A stretch of 64,000 nt of DNA from an uncultured Candidatus Binatia bacterium (GTDB lineage: Bacteria > Desulfobacterota > Binatia > UBA9968 > JAJDTQ01): assembly GCA_965242525.1 (NCBI GenBank), contig OZ251459.1, positions 1,888,001 through 1,952,000 of the forward strand, written 5' to 3'. The translations under genes were made by a program, and so were the position numbers. The notes beneath the pieces were generated by a model that saw only the letters and a program-made list of their open reading frames with translations, had not been told where the DNA came from and did no database searches. Positions within the stretch are counted from its first letter, which is position 1; each line of letters starts with the position of its first letter. Shown one piece after another: positions 50,978 to 60,363 of this stretch.

Positions 50978-53826
50978 CGGGCTCGACCCTCGTCACGGGC
51001 CTGGCGGACTTCCTCGCTCGTCATGACGGTCCCGCGTCGGTCGCGTTCCCCAAGCATGGCGTTTCCGATGATCTCGACCACGAGATACCGGAAGGTGGGG
51101 CAGTCGGAACGAAACTCTGCCTGGTTTACACGTATGTAATGCCAGGGATTGCCCGTCGCGCCGCTCACCCGGCGGCACCATTCCTGCATGGCCGCGTCCT
51201 TCTCACTGGTGCCCTCCCACTCGCGGCCCTTGGTCTCGATGATCCAGTTCACTTCTTGGCCTTCCGTGTCGCGCTGGACGGCCACCCAGTCCGGGTAGTA
51301 GAACCCGACGGCGCCGCTCGGCTTCAGGTAATCGACGCGGAACGACGTGCCGGAAGCCCCCTGTTCCGTGGTGCCCAGCGCGGCGAAGCGCAGGACGTCG
51401 CCGGCGTTGTCCAGGAACTCCGCAAAGCGGCGCTCGAAATCGTTGTAGGTGGCCACGAAGTTGAAGACCGTCTTCCTCGCTTCCAGAGGCGGAAGGTTCC
51501 GCCGCCAGCCAAAGGGGTTCGTCTCGGACAGGTGGAAGTCCTGTCTGGCGAATTCGATCTCGCTGCGCTCGACGGTGAGCTCGGCGATCTTGCGGACAAG
51601 GTACTTGGCGATGCCTTCTCGTACCTCCAGTCGCGCCAGATGGGAGCGGAGGATGTCGTCATCCAGTTCGACCTCCCGGCCGAAACACCGATTCCCGATG
51701 TACTCCCGGGTCACCGGGTACAGCTCCGCAAAGCGATTGGTCAAACCCGCCTTGGCAGCCACCCGGTTGGTCACATCGGCCAGAAACTCCTGGACGGGAA
51801 GCAGGCCGCCGGAGATGTCGGCCTGGTGCACTTCGGTTTCGGTCGTGGCGAATTCCAGCTTCAACCTGATACGGAACCGCTCGTCGAGCTCTGCCTGGTC
51901 GAAGATCGGTTCGAGGGACTGCACGTCCAGTTCCGACAGTTTGCGATGGTCGTGCTTCAGGCTCGGCTTGGTGATGGGAATGGCGATGTCGTATTCCAGC
52001 CGTTCCTGCACCGGCCGGATGCTGACCGGCGGCGGCGGATCGGTCTCCGTGCTCGCTACACCTACGCCTTCGGCCTCCAGTTGTTCGCGCAGGACGTTGA
52101 GCAGGTTGCGCGTGCCGAGCACTTCCAGGGTCTGCGTCCGATCCGGGCTCACCTGCGTCATCAGGCGCAACCCGCGACCGACCACCTGCTCCGGGAGGAT
52201 TTCGGCCTTCGCGGTGAACGGCCGCAGCCCCAGCACCACCGTCACGTTGCGCACGTCCCACCCCTCGCGCAGCATCATCACGCTGACGATGGCCTTGACC
52301 CTGCTATCGGCCCGGTCGATGTCCCGCGCCGCCATACGGGCCTTCTTGAGTTCTTTCTCGTTCTTGATTTCCCCACTGTTGTTGGTGTGGATGACCAGCA
52401 CCTCGGACTGCTTGAAACCGAACTCCCCGGTCTTCCACAGATACTCGCCCAATGCGTCAGCGTAGTCGATCTTTTCCGCCATGATGAAGAGCACCGGCCT
52501 GATGCCCAGCTTACCGTACACCTTCCGATGCTCCTTCCAGCGTCGGACCGCGGCCTGTAGCCAGTAGCCGTACTTCTCCGCCACGTTGTCCCTGGTAATC
52601 CCGTCGGGATCTTCGGTTGGCTGATTCCTGTCGGCCTCCCTGGTGACGATGAGAGGCGCCTTGACGATCCGATCCTCAACGGCCTGCGCCAGCGGGTAGT
52701 CCACGACCGTCCAGGGAAAATACATGCGGTTCTGGTCCTGCGGCGTAGCCGAGAAGTCGAGCCAGGCGCCGAGGCCGCGCGGCAACGCTTCGTGGATGGC
52801 GAGAAGAGACCTGCTCCAGGCCAGGTCTTCACCGTGGACGTGGTGTGCTTCGTCGTTCAGCACCACGAGGTCCTTGAGCGACTTCACCCGTTCCAGCATG
52901 GAGCGTTGGCCGGATGACGCCAGGTTTTGCGCGTCCTTCCTGCCCAGAAGCGCTTCGACGGGGTTTTTCGGCGTCCACTCCTTCTCTCCTTCGTAGATCT
53001 GCTGGACATTGGTCAGAAAAAGGTTTCCCGATGGATCCGGTTCGGCCGCCTCTCCGGGGAGGATCACCTTTTGTGAGAATCCGGTCCGCCATTCCGGCGG
53101 AATGAGCGGAAGCTGATGGAATATCCGGTTGTTCGCGAAGTCCTTCTCCAATCGTTGATAGACGATGACGTTGGGCGCCACGATGAGGAAATTCGTCGAA
53201 AGCTCCGATCCCGGGACATGCTGTTTGTGAAGCCGCGACCAGACGACCGCCATTGCCATCACCCAGGTCTTGCCCGAACCGGTGGCCATCCTGAAGGCGA
53301 ACCGACGCAAGTTCTCGGGCGGCAGGTCCTGTACGCCGTCCGCTTCCAGCTCCGGCACGTAGCGGCGAAGCTGGCGCCTTCCGTCCATGGTCGTCTGGAA
53401 CTCGATATTCTTCGAGAGCAGGTCTTTCGGAAAGATCGTGGCCCGGGCTTCGATGAGCTCCTTGGCGTCTCGATGGCCGGAGATTTCCACAAGCCAGATC
53501 AGCGTCTCGATCGCTTCGCGCTGGCAAAAGTAATACCGGAAGGGTACGTCGAAACCGGCAACTTCATGATCCTCCTCGAACCAGTAATCCAGCAAGCGCC
53601 GAGTGACATCGGAAGCGCCTCGATAACCGCCATCGCGCCATGCGTCCACCGCATCGCGCACCTTCGGTACCAGCAACAAACGGCTCGGCCGGCGGCCGGA
53701 GTCGTCCTCGCGCCAGCCGGTCGGTGCGTCGGCATCCTTGACCAGGTGGGAAACGGGCCTCTCCCACGGACGGCGGCCCCGAATCTCCGGCAGATCCTTG
53801 TCATAGTCGATGACAGCCCTTGCCAT
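50974..53826 (-). CDS. res: Type III restriction enzyme Res subunit with VapB-like C-terminal tail
   Basis: MATGSGKT, NDEAHH, FSATP, LREGWD, EQVVGRGLR, YYPDW...IIETKG; ends MTSEEVRQARDEGRAR. Confidence 0.9.
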   Translation of the reverse strand: MARAVIDYDKDLPEIRGRRPWERPVSHLVKDADAPTGWREDDSGRRPSRLLLVPKVRDAVDAWRDGGYRGASDVTRRLLDYWFEEDHEVAGFDVPFRYYFCQREAIETLIWLVEISGHRDAKELIEARATIFPKDLLSKNIEFQTTMDGRRQLRRYVPELEADGVQDLPPENLRRFAFRMATGSGKTWVMAMAVVWSRLHKQHVPGSELSTNFLIVAPNVIVYQRLEKDFANNRIFHQLPLIPPEWRTGFSQKVILPGEAAEPDPSGNLFLTNVQQIYEGEKEWTPKNPVEALLGRKDAQNLASSGQRSMLERVKSLKDLVVLNDEAHHVHGEDLAWSRSLLAIHEALPRGLGAWLDFSATPQDQNRMYFPWTVVDYPLAQAVEDRIVKAPLIVTREADRNQPTEDPDGITRDNVAEKYGYWLQAAVRRWKEHRKVYGKLGIRPVLFIMAEKIDYADALGEYLWKTGEFGFKQSEVLVIHTNNSGEIKNEKELKKARMAARDIDRADSRVKAIVSVMMLREGWDVRNVTVVLGLRPFTAKAEILPEQVVGRGLRLMTQVSPDRTQTLEVLGTRNLLNVLREQLEAEGVGVASTETDPPPPVSIRPVQERLEYDIAIPITKPSLKHDHRKLSELDVQSLEPIFDQAELDERFRIRLKLEFATTETEVHQADISGGLLPVQEFLADVTNRVAAKAGLTNRFAELYPVTREYIGNRCFGREVELDDDILRSHLARLEVREGIAKYLVRKIAELTVERSEIEFARQDFHLSETNPFGWRRNLPPLEARKTVFNFVATYNDFERRFAEFLDNAGDVLRFAALGTTEQGASGTSFRVDYLKPSGAVGFYYPDWVAVQRDTEGQEVNWIIETKGREWEGTSEKDAAMQEWCRRVSGATGNPWHYIRVNQAEFRSDCPTFRYLVVEIIGNAMLGERDRRGTVMTSEEVRQARDEGRAR

Positions 53827-53880
53827 GATTACCTTATCTCCCGTCGAAGACAAAGACCCGTTTGAAGCGTCAGCATTGTC

Positions 53881-55911
53881 CTACACCTTGACGTCGTATG
53901 CTTGGGACGTGTCGTTGCCGAAGATGTCGATGACCTTGACCAGCACTCGATACTTGCCCGGCTTCTCATAGGTGTGCGCGTCGGACGCGAGGGCCAAGCT
54001 CCGGTCCTTGCGGGTGCGGTAGGCCACCCATCCCTGCATGAAGGTGTCGTTCCGGAAGTCCCAATCCACTGCCCAGTAGTCGATGTAGTCCGACCACTTC
54101 GTGACCTTGCTCCGCACGTCGTCCGGGATGAGGTTAGCGTTGGGGATCACGAAGTCCTTGAGCGCCACCGACACGGTGAGTTTCTTCGGTTTCCTGATCG
54201 CGGCGTCCAAGTAGGCCAGCTCGAAGAAGCGAACGTCACCCTTGTCCGCGGCCTGCTGCTCCATCACTTCACGAGGGATCTGCAACAAAAGGAGCTTGAC
54301 GCCTTCGCGTTTTGCTTCCTGGACCACGAGATTCTGAAGGCCCATTTCCCATTCCCAGCCGAGAACGTGCAGTTCCTTCTGCTTCACTTTGAGACATTCT
54401 TCTACCGAAGACTCGATTTCGCCGATGGTCACCGGGGCGTCCACTGCGCCAACGTGAACCATCGCCCTGCCCTTCTTGCCGTGCAGATGGATCAGGCCGA
54501 CCACGGGTTGGGAGCCATGGAGTTTCAGAATAAAGGCAAGATATTCATAAAGCGCCTGCTCCGCGATCGGCTTATCCCTTTTGCCGAAAGTCACATCCTG
54601 CCAGTACTGACGCTCATACCTGCCAAGATTCAGAACATCGAACGGTTTGCAGTTCCCCATACCGAGCAACCGTTTGCGAGTAATATGAATACCCCATCGT
54701 CCAAGGTCACAACCGATCCAGCGTCTGCCAAGGTTTTCAGCTACAGCGAGCGTCGTGCCGGAACCGCAAAAGAAATCTGCAACAAGGTCATTTGGCCGGC
54801 TAAGCCATGCAATTATACGGGCCAACAATTGTTCATGTTTCTGGGTGGCGTAAGCTTTGCGGTTTTCGTAAGTCTTGACGTCATCCCATACGGTGTCGCC
54901 GATCTTGTCGTCACTGGGGGCAAACCAGTTTTCTACGGTCCCGGTCTGCGACTTCCGAATGAACTCGAGATCCTCACCCGTGTCTCGCCAATATTTCACC
55001 AATGAACGTCCGCCACCTTCTTCGCAAAATTGATTGTAATTCTCAACTGCACGTAATGCTCGTTTCTTTTCCCATTTCCACTGGCCGTGAGTAGGCGTTT
55101 CAGAAAGCAATTCATATCGCATACTTGGCCGATCGGCGCCGCTCCAGAAACGGTGCCAATAGCCTTCAGGTGAAGACGTTTCGTACGGAACCAGAAGATT
55201 GGGAACCCTCGTATCCGGCTGCATGGAGTACCAAATCAATACGTCGTGACCTTGCGGAAGAGCTGTGATTACCTTGAATTGTCGTTGCAGGTTTTTCGTT
55301 ATCGGTCTATGAATCACTATTTCATTCCTGAAGTTTTCAACGCCAAATATCTCATCCAATATCAATCGAAGATGAGGGGTCACATTGGGAGCGACATGAA
55401 CAACAAGGTGGCCTTCTTGAGATATGAGAGACCGGATCAATGTCAAGCGCTCCCTCATCGTCTGCATGTAGCTGATGAGCCCGCGGCCCCAGGTGTCGCG
55501 ATAGGCTTTCTCCTCTACTACCGACGCCTCCTTGTCGAGTCGAACGCTTCCGTCACCGATCTCGGTCGTAAACGAAAAATCTGCTCCTGTGGCAAACGGC
55601 GGATCGATATAGATCAGATCGACCTTCCCTGCGAATTTCTCCAACAGCGACCCCATCACCAACAGGTTGTCACCCCAGATCAGCTTGTTCTTCCAACCAT
55701 CCTCGAAGGTGTCGCCCTCGCTGCCCTCGTAGACGTCGAACAGCGACCCCTGCACGCCGCCCTTCTTCGCCTCGCGCATGGCTCGGCTCTCGTTGACGGT
55801 CTCGATGATCTGGAACGGCAGGTTGACCCGCGGAACTTCCTTGAGCGTTCCGTTTTCGTCGTATTTGCCGGGCCAGATCAGCTCGGTCTTCGTGACGTCG
55901 ATCTTCGCCAT
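53881..55911 (-). CDS. mod: Type III R-M Mod subunit (beta-class adenine methyltransferase)
   Basis: NKLIWGDN, IYIDPPF, AYRDTW, Y.TQK.E.LL, DFFCGSGTT; C-terminal IDYWAVDW..KVIDIFGND. Confidence 0.92.
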   Translation of the reverse strand: MAKIDVTKTELIWPGKYDENGTLKEVPRVNLPFQIIETVNESRAMREAKKGGVQGSLFDVYEGSEGDTFEDGWKNKLIWGDNLLVMGSLLEKFAGKVDLIYIDPPFATGADFSFTTEIGDGSVRLDKEASVVEEKAYRDTWGRGLISYMQTMRERLTLIRSLISQEGHLVVHVAPNVTPHLRLILDEIFGVENFRNEIVIHRPITKNLQRQFKVITALPQGHDVLIWYSMQPDTRVPNLLVPYETSSPEGYWHRFWSGADRPSMRYELLSETPTHGQWKWEKKRALRAVENYNQFCEEGGGRSLVKYWRDTGEDLEFIRKSQTGTVENWFAPSDDKIGDTVWDDVKTYENRKAYATQKHEQLLARIIAWLSRPNDLVADFFCGSGTTLAVAENLGRRWIGCDLGRWGIHITRKRLLGMGNCKPFDVLNLGRYERQYWQDVTFGKRDKPIAEQALYEYLAFILKLHGSQPVVGLIHLHGKKGRAMVHVGAVDAPVTIGEIESSVEECLKVKQKELHVLGWEWEMGLQNLVVQEAKREGVKLLLLQIPREVMEQQAADKGDVRFFELAYLDAAIRKPKKLTVSVALKDFVIPNANLIPDDVRSKVTKWSDYIDYWAVDWDFRNDTFMQGWVAYRTRKDRSLALASDAHTYEKPGKYRVLVKVIDIFGNDTSQAYDVKV

Positions 55912-56426
55912 TACCGGGCTTCTCCGATTCGCTTCAGGTACTCGCTCCCCGCGGGTGTCAGGCGGTATCGCTGCCTGCTGCTGCGCGGCTTGTCCGGGAT
56001 GGTCATTTCGATCAGGCCGGACCCAAGGGCGGGCGCCAGATAGACTTCGTTGAAGTGGTCGCGGTGTTTCAGGCCAAGGGCTTCCTGGAGGCTCTGCCTG
56101 GTCATTTCACCAGACATCGCCCTCAGCAGTCGCACTTCCCCGGTGACTTCCCCGGTAACTTCCCCGGTGACTTGCCCGGTGACTTGCCCGGTAACTTGGG
56201 GGGTCACCCGACCATCCCCCGATACCTCCCGGACTTCCGGGTTCGGACGGAAAATGACGGTGACGAAGCGGTTGGCCTCGAACATCGCCTCCGATTCGCC
56301 GATGACACATCGATCCCGGCACAGCGCCCCCAGGACGATGTTGTGGGTCTTGCCGGAACCGGACCCCGCGGCTACCGGCAACGGCCCATCCGGGTAGTGC
56401 TTCAGGATGGCGGGCGCGATGCTCAC
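55911..56426 (-). pseudogene. Chimeric relic: UvrD-like helicase N-terminus fused to a C-terminal winged-helix module
   Basis: ILKHYPDGPL.V.AGSGSGKT (UvrD motif I) joined to TGQV/TGEV repeats and LGLKHR..F...YL.PAL..GLIEMTIPDKPRS..QRY. Confidence 0.62.
56134..56193. repeat. 12-bp tandem repeat x5 (ACTTSCCCGGTR), coding TGQV/TGEV
   Basis: Read directly from sequence; in frame. Confidence 0.9.
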
Positions 56427-57106
56427 AACAGTCCTGCCTTCCTGAAGCTGAAGGTCTCTTCCGGCGACACCACCAGGTGATCGACGACCCGGAGGCTGAC
56501 GGTCTCGGCGGCCAGCACGATGGCCCGCGTGAGCACCTTGTCGTGCTCGCTGGGCTCGACGTTGCCGTTGGGATGGTTGTGCGCCAGCACGAGCGCCGCG
56601 GCTTGGCGCTTGAGCGCGGCTTCCACGATGCTGCGGGGATACACCGCTGCACGATCGACCGTGCCTTCCTGGAGCGTCTCGACGCCGTTGCGCAGCAGCC
56701 GGCACGCGGAGTCCAGGTACGCCACGGCGAACACCTCGTGCCTGAGGGCGCCGATCTGCATGCGCCAGAAGTCGCCGAGGCGCCCGGAGTCCCGCAGCAC
56801 CTCCGCTCCCTCCGACGTTTCCCGCAGGTAGAGCGCCGCGGATTCGCGGACCACGTGCAGGGCGACCGCGGCGGCCTCGCCGATGCCTTCCACCGACTGC
56901 AACTCGGACAGCGGCGCGTCCAGGACTCCCCGCAGGCTGCCGAAGCGCTTGAGCAGCGCCTTGGCGGGCTGCTTCACGTCCGAGCGGGGGATGGCCAGGG
57001 TCAGCAGCAGCTCGATGACCTCGTGCTCCGCGAACCCCGCCAAACCGCTGTCGAGGAAACGTCCGCGGAGACGTTTGCGGTGGCCGTGGTAGTGCGGCTG
57101 TTCCAT
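56423..57106 (-). CDS. radC: RadC/JAB domain protein
   Basis: GHRKRLR.RF, HhH GIGE, AHNHPNG...PS..D, DHLVV. Confidence 0.93.
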   Translation of the reverse strand: MEQPHYHGHRKRLRGRFLDSGLAGFAEHEVIELLLTLAIPRSDVKQPAKALLKRFGSLRGVLDAPLSELQSVEGIGEAAAVALHVVRESAALYLRETSEGAEVLRDSGRLGDFWRMQIGALRHEVFAVAYLDSACRLLRNGVETLQEGTVDRAAVYPRSIVEAALKRQAAALVLAHNHPNGNVEPSEHDKVLTRAIVLAAETVSLRVVDHLVVSPEETFSFRKAGLL

Positions 57107-57258
57107 CCTCGAGCCGTCCCGTGGTCGTGGACCGGGCCTTGATGTTCTCCCATCCGGGCCGGGACACGGACCGCATCCTGCGGGAGGTCCTGGGCTACGA
57201 CCCTGCGCGCATCGAGCGGCTCCGGGAGGGCGGCGTCCCGGAGTAAGGCAGGTCCGGG

Positions 57259-58032
57259 CTACGGCTCGTACGACAACGAGGAACGGACCAGGTTGCTGAT
57301 GCGCCGGGACATGGGGTTGCGGAGCTCCTCGCCGATGTGGGCCATGGCTCCCAGGGTGCGGCCGATGAGGGCGAACGCCTTGGCCATCTGCCACTGGAGC
57401 CCCATGTCCGAGGCGATGGCGGCGATGGCGCCGGTGACGTTGATGGGGAGGCGCCGCTCGTGGCGCGCTTCCGCGGCCTTGGCGATCTCCTCCAGGAGTT
57501 CGGAGTAACGCCCGCGCACGCCCGTCTCCCTGGCGATCTCGTACAGCCGGTCGGCCCGGGGGTCGCCCTCGGAGTGGGTTGCGTGGCCGATGCCGGCCAC
57601 CCGCTGCTTGCGGTCGGCGTAGTCCTCCACCACGCCCGCGGCCACCGCGGCCAGGTCCGCGTCGCCGCGGTCCAGGGGCAGCGCGTCCTGGAGCATCTTG
57701 GCGCAGTACTCCGACGAGCCCAGGTGCACGCTGCCGGCCCCCAGCAGGGCCGCGGCCACCGCCCCCTGGATGGCTTCCGGCGCGGTGGACACGGTGAAGC
57801 GCGCCGCGATGATGTTGCCCACCATGCCGTGCTCCACCAGGACGTTCAGCAGCGCGTCGGTCATGCGCCCTTCGTCTTCGGTGGGCGTGCGCCCCACGAG
57901 CATCAGGAAGGTCATCTGCCCGAAGCTGAGCTTGCCGAGTATGTCCTGGGTCATGTCGATGTTGCGCACCAGCACCCGGTGCAACTCGGCCTTGCCCAAC
58001 CCCGTCACGATCTTCGTATTGTCGTCACTCAC
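57259..58032 (-). CDS. Citryl-CoA lyase-like (citrate synthase fold) protein
   Basis: LVEHG, GSVHLG, GIGH..H..GDPR, PINVTG, R..G..AH. Confidence 0.82.
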   Translation of the reverse strand: MSDDNTKIVTGLGKAELHRVLVRNIDMTQDILGKLSFGQMTFLMLVGRTPTEDEGRMTDALLNVLVEHGMVGNIIAARFTVSTAPEAIQGAVAAALLGAGSVHLGSSEYCAKMLQDALPLDRGDADLAAVAAGVVEDYADRKQRVAGIGHATHSEGDPRADRLYEIARETGVRGRYSELLEEIAKAAEARHERRLPINVTGAIAAIASDMGLQWQMAKAFALIGRTLGAMAHIGEELRNPMSRRISNLVRSSLSYEP

Positions 58033-58083
58033 TGGAGACTCCTTGCAGTCGTTCCGCCAACGGTCGAGGAAGCGCCCGCCCGC

Positions 58084-60309
58084 CTACACGTCGATACGGG
58101 TGTCCCACAGGATCGGATCGCCCCCCATGGGCGGGCAGAACAGGTCCACCTGCAACTGCACCTGGCAGCCCGGGCAACTGTACTCGTGGTACTCGCCGAT
58201 GTAGGGCTCGCCCGAGGGCAGGGCGTCGTCCATGTAGTCGTTCAGGTCCAGGACGCGCCGCAGCGCGTAGTTCTTGTAGTTCTCGTCGGGGCCGCAGAAT
58301 AGGTGGTTGCAGTGGACGCAGCGGATGGCGTGCCGGCCGTTCCTGCGCGCGACCTCCAGGCTCTCGTGGAAGCGCATGACCGAGCCGTATTCGTCCGCGG
58401 GGTCCCCGCCCAGCGCCGAGGTCTTGCCCGAAGGCGGTGTCCCCAGGCGCTTGCGCTCGTCGCGCACCCGCTGGCGCAGGCTTTGCGTGGCAGCAGCGTC
58501 CACCGACTTGCGGTCCGCGGCCAGGACCACGCCGTACACCTCTTCCGCCATCTTGAAGTCGAGCCAGCCCCGGACGTAGTCCCGCAGCACCATGGCGGGG
58601 TCGCGCTCCAAGGGGTCGCCGAAGCCGCCTCCGCCGGCCACGTAGTCGATGAGGAGGCTCCCTTCGGGCAACGCCACGCGCTCGGGAACCCCGTCCGGAT
58701 GGACCACCCGGCCCCAGGTCCCGTCCCGCATCCCGGCGCCGTTCGGGTACTCGCCCGCCTTGACCCGGTCCAGCAGCTCCATCCCAGCCTGCACCATGTA
58801 GCGCAGCACGCTCTTGCCCGTGGGATAGCCGCCGCACAACCCGTAGCCCCCTTGCGCAACGCCGCCGTAGGGCTTGTAATCGACGCTACAGTCCTGCGAA
58901 CCGTAGATCCAGTAGATGCGGTAGCTGCCGAGGCCGCCGCGGTACTTCCCGAAGCCGCTGCCGTCCGGGTTGTGCCCCCGGGTGAAGTAGAGGAACGGGT
59001 ACTGCATCTCGATGCGCTCGATGTCGCTGATGCCCGCGGAGGGGATGTTCATGTGGCCGCCGGTGTTGACCCCGTCCCGGGTGGGCGCGCCTCCCATGCC
59101 GGCGCCGTGGATGTCGTACAGCCCCTGCGCCACCCGGATGCCGTCCCGGGTATGGCCGCCGTAGAAGTAGCCCGGCCCTCCGGCGTAGGCCAGGTTGCCG
59201 GTGGTGGAAGCGTTGACGTCGTCCACGCGGCCGGCGGCGTAGAGCATCTTGGACACGCACTCGCAGATGGTGGAGACCAGGACGTTGCCCACCCGCGGGG
59301 CCGCGCCGCAGGCCGCGGGGTAGGTGCAGTTCAGGATCGAACCCTCCGGCACCTTGATGGTCACCGGCCTCATCTTGCCGTCGCTCCACGGCACGTCCCA
59401 GAAGAGCGCGTTGGTGAGGGCCAGGGTGATGTGGGCCGCGGTGCTGGGCAGGGTCGAGTTGTGGTCGGTGTCGGTCTGCGGGCTGGTCCCTTCCAGGTCG
59501 AACTCCAGCTCGTCGCCCTTCTTGGTCATGGTGCAGTAGAGCTGCTGGGCCACGGCCTTGCGCGACTTGCGGTCCAGGGTGGTGACGTACTCCCGGGACA
59601 CCCACGTGCCGTCCGGCAGCGAGCGCAGCTTGGCCCGGGCCTTGGCCTCGGAATCCTCGATCATGCGCCGCCCGGCCGCGGCCACGAAGTCCGCGCCGAA
59701 CTTCTCCACCAGCCCCAGGTACCGTTTGGCGCAGACGTTGTTGCCCGCGATCATGGCCTTCATGTCCAGTCCCACGTACTGCGGGTCCCGGCACATGCCG
59801 GTGAGGGTGCGGAACACGTCCTCCCGGAACTCGTCCTTCTCGACGATCTTGAGGCCGCTGATGCAGATGCCCTCGTGGTAGATCTCCAGGGCGCCTCCCC
59901 GCAGGACGCCGCCGGTGTCCGCGGTGTGCGTGCTGGTGGCGGTCCAGGCGATCAACTCGCCCTGGTGGAATATGGGCTTGATGACCATCATGTCGTAGGT
60001 GTGGGAGCCGGCCACGTAGGGGTCGTTGAAGAAGAACTGGTCGCCGTCGAAGAACCCCGGGGACTCCTCGAAGTACTCGATCATGTTCTTGATGGCCTGG
60101 GAGGTGGCGGCCGCGAACCGGAGGTGCCCGGAGCAGGCCAGCACCATGACCCCCCTGGCGTCGTAGAACGAGCTCATGCACTCGCCTCCCTGGGCCACGA
60201 TGGGCGACGCGGTGACGCGCTGCAACGTCATGCGCCCCTCTTCCCCAATGGCCCAGAGCCGGTGGAAGTACATCTCGTAACGAATGGGATCGACCGCTGC
60301 TGGTTCCAT
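58084..60309 (-). CDS. Hydantoinase B/oxoprolinase family protein with C-terminal acetone-carboxylase-gamma-like Cys domain
   Basis: FNDPY..GSH..D, H..D.GG, G.GKYRGG, GGGGFGDPLERD; C-terminal CVHC...NYK...EYSCPGC. Confidence 0.85.
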   Translation of the reverse strand: MEPAAVDPIRYEMYFHRLWAIGEEGRMTLQRVTASPIVAQGGECMSSFYDARGVMVLACSGHLRFAAATSQAIKNMIEYFEESPGFFDGDQFFFNDPYVAGSHTYDMMVIKPIFHQGELIAWTATSTHTADTGGVLRGGALEIYHEGICISGLKIVEKDEFREDVFRTLTGMCRDPQYVGLDMKAMIAGNNVCAKRYLGLVEKFGADFVAAAGRRMIEDSEAKARAKLRSLPDGTWVSREYVTTLDRKSRKAVAQQLYCTMTKKGDELEFDLEGTSPQTDTDHNSTLPSTAAHITLALTNALFWDVPWSDGKMRPVTIKVPEGSILNCTYPAACGAAPRVGNVLVSTICECVSKMLYAAGRVDDVNASTTGNLAYAGGPGYFYGGHTRDGIRVAQGLYDIHGAGMGGAPTRDGVNTGGHMNIPSAGISDIERIEMQYPFLYFTRGHNPDGSGFGKYRGGLGSYRIYWIYGSQDCSVDYKPYGGVAQGGYGLCGGYPTGKSVLRYMVQAGMELLDRVKAGEYPNGAGMRDGTWGRVVHPDGVPERVALPEGSLLIDYVAGGGGFGDPLERDPAMVLRDYVRGWLDFKMAEEVYGVVLAADRKSVDAAATQSLRQRVRDERKRLGTPPSGKTSALGGDPADEYGSVMRFHESLEVARRNGRHAIRCVHCNHLFCGPDENYKNYALRRVLDLNDYMDDALPSGEPYIGEYHEYSCPGCQVQLQVDLFCPPMGGDPILWDTRIDV

Positions 60310-60363
60310 CGCTCTCTCCTCGGTACTGCCGGACCTCGGCGCCGCCGGATTCGTTCCCCGGCC

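Noticed and set aside
50730-51181. Separate vapB gene in alternative frames (50993-51181, 50730-50996)
   Set aside because: Arg/Gly/Pro-rich translations without antitoxin features; the only VapB-like sequence is in frame with res
56134-56205. Short repeat array as a CRISPR or phase-variation tract
   Set aside because: No spacers; 12-bp in-frame units encode a TGQV/TGEV linker, and copy-number changes would not shift the frame
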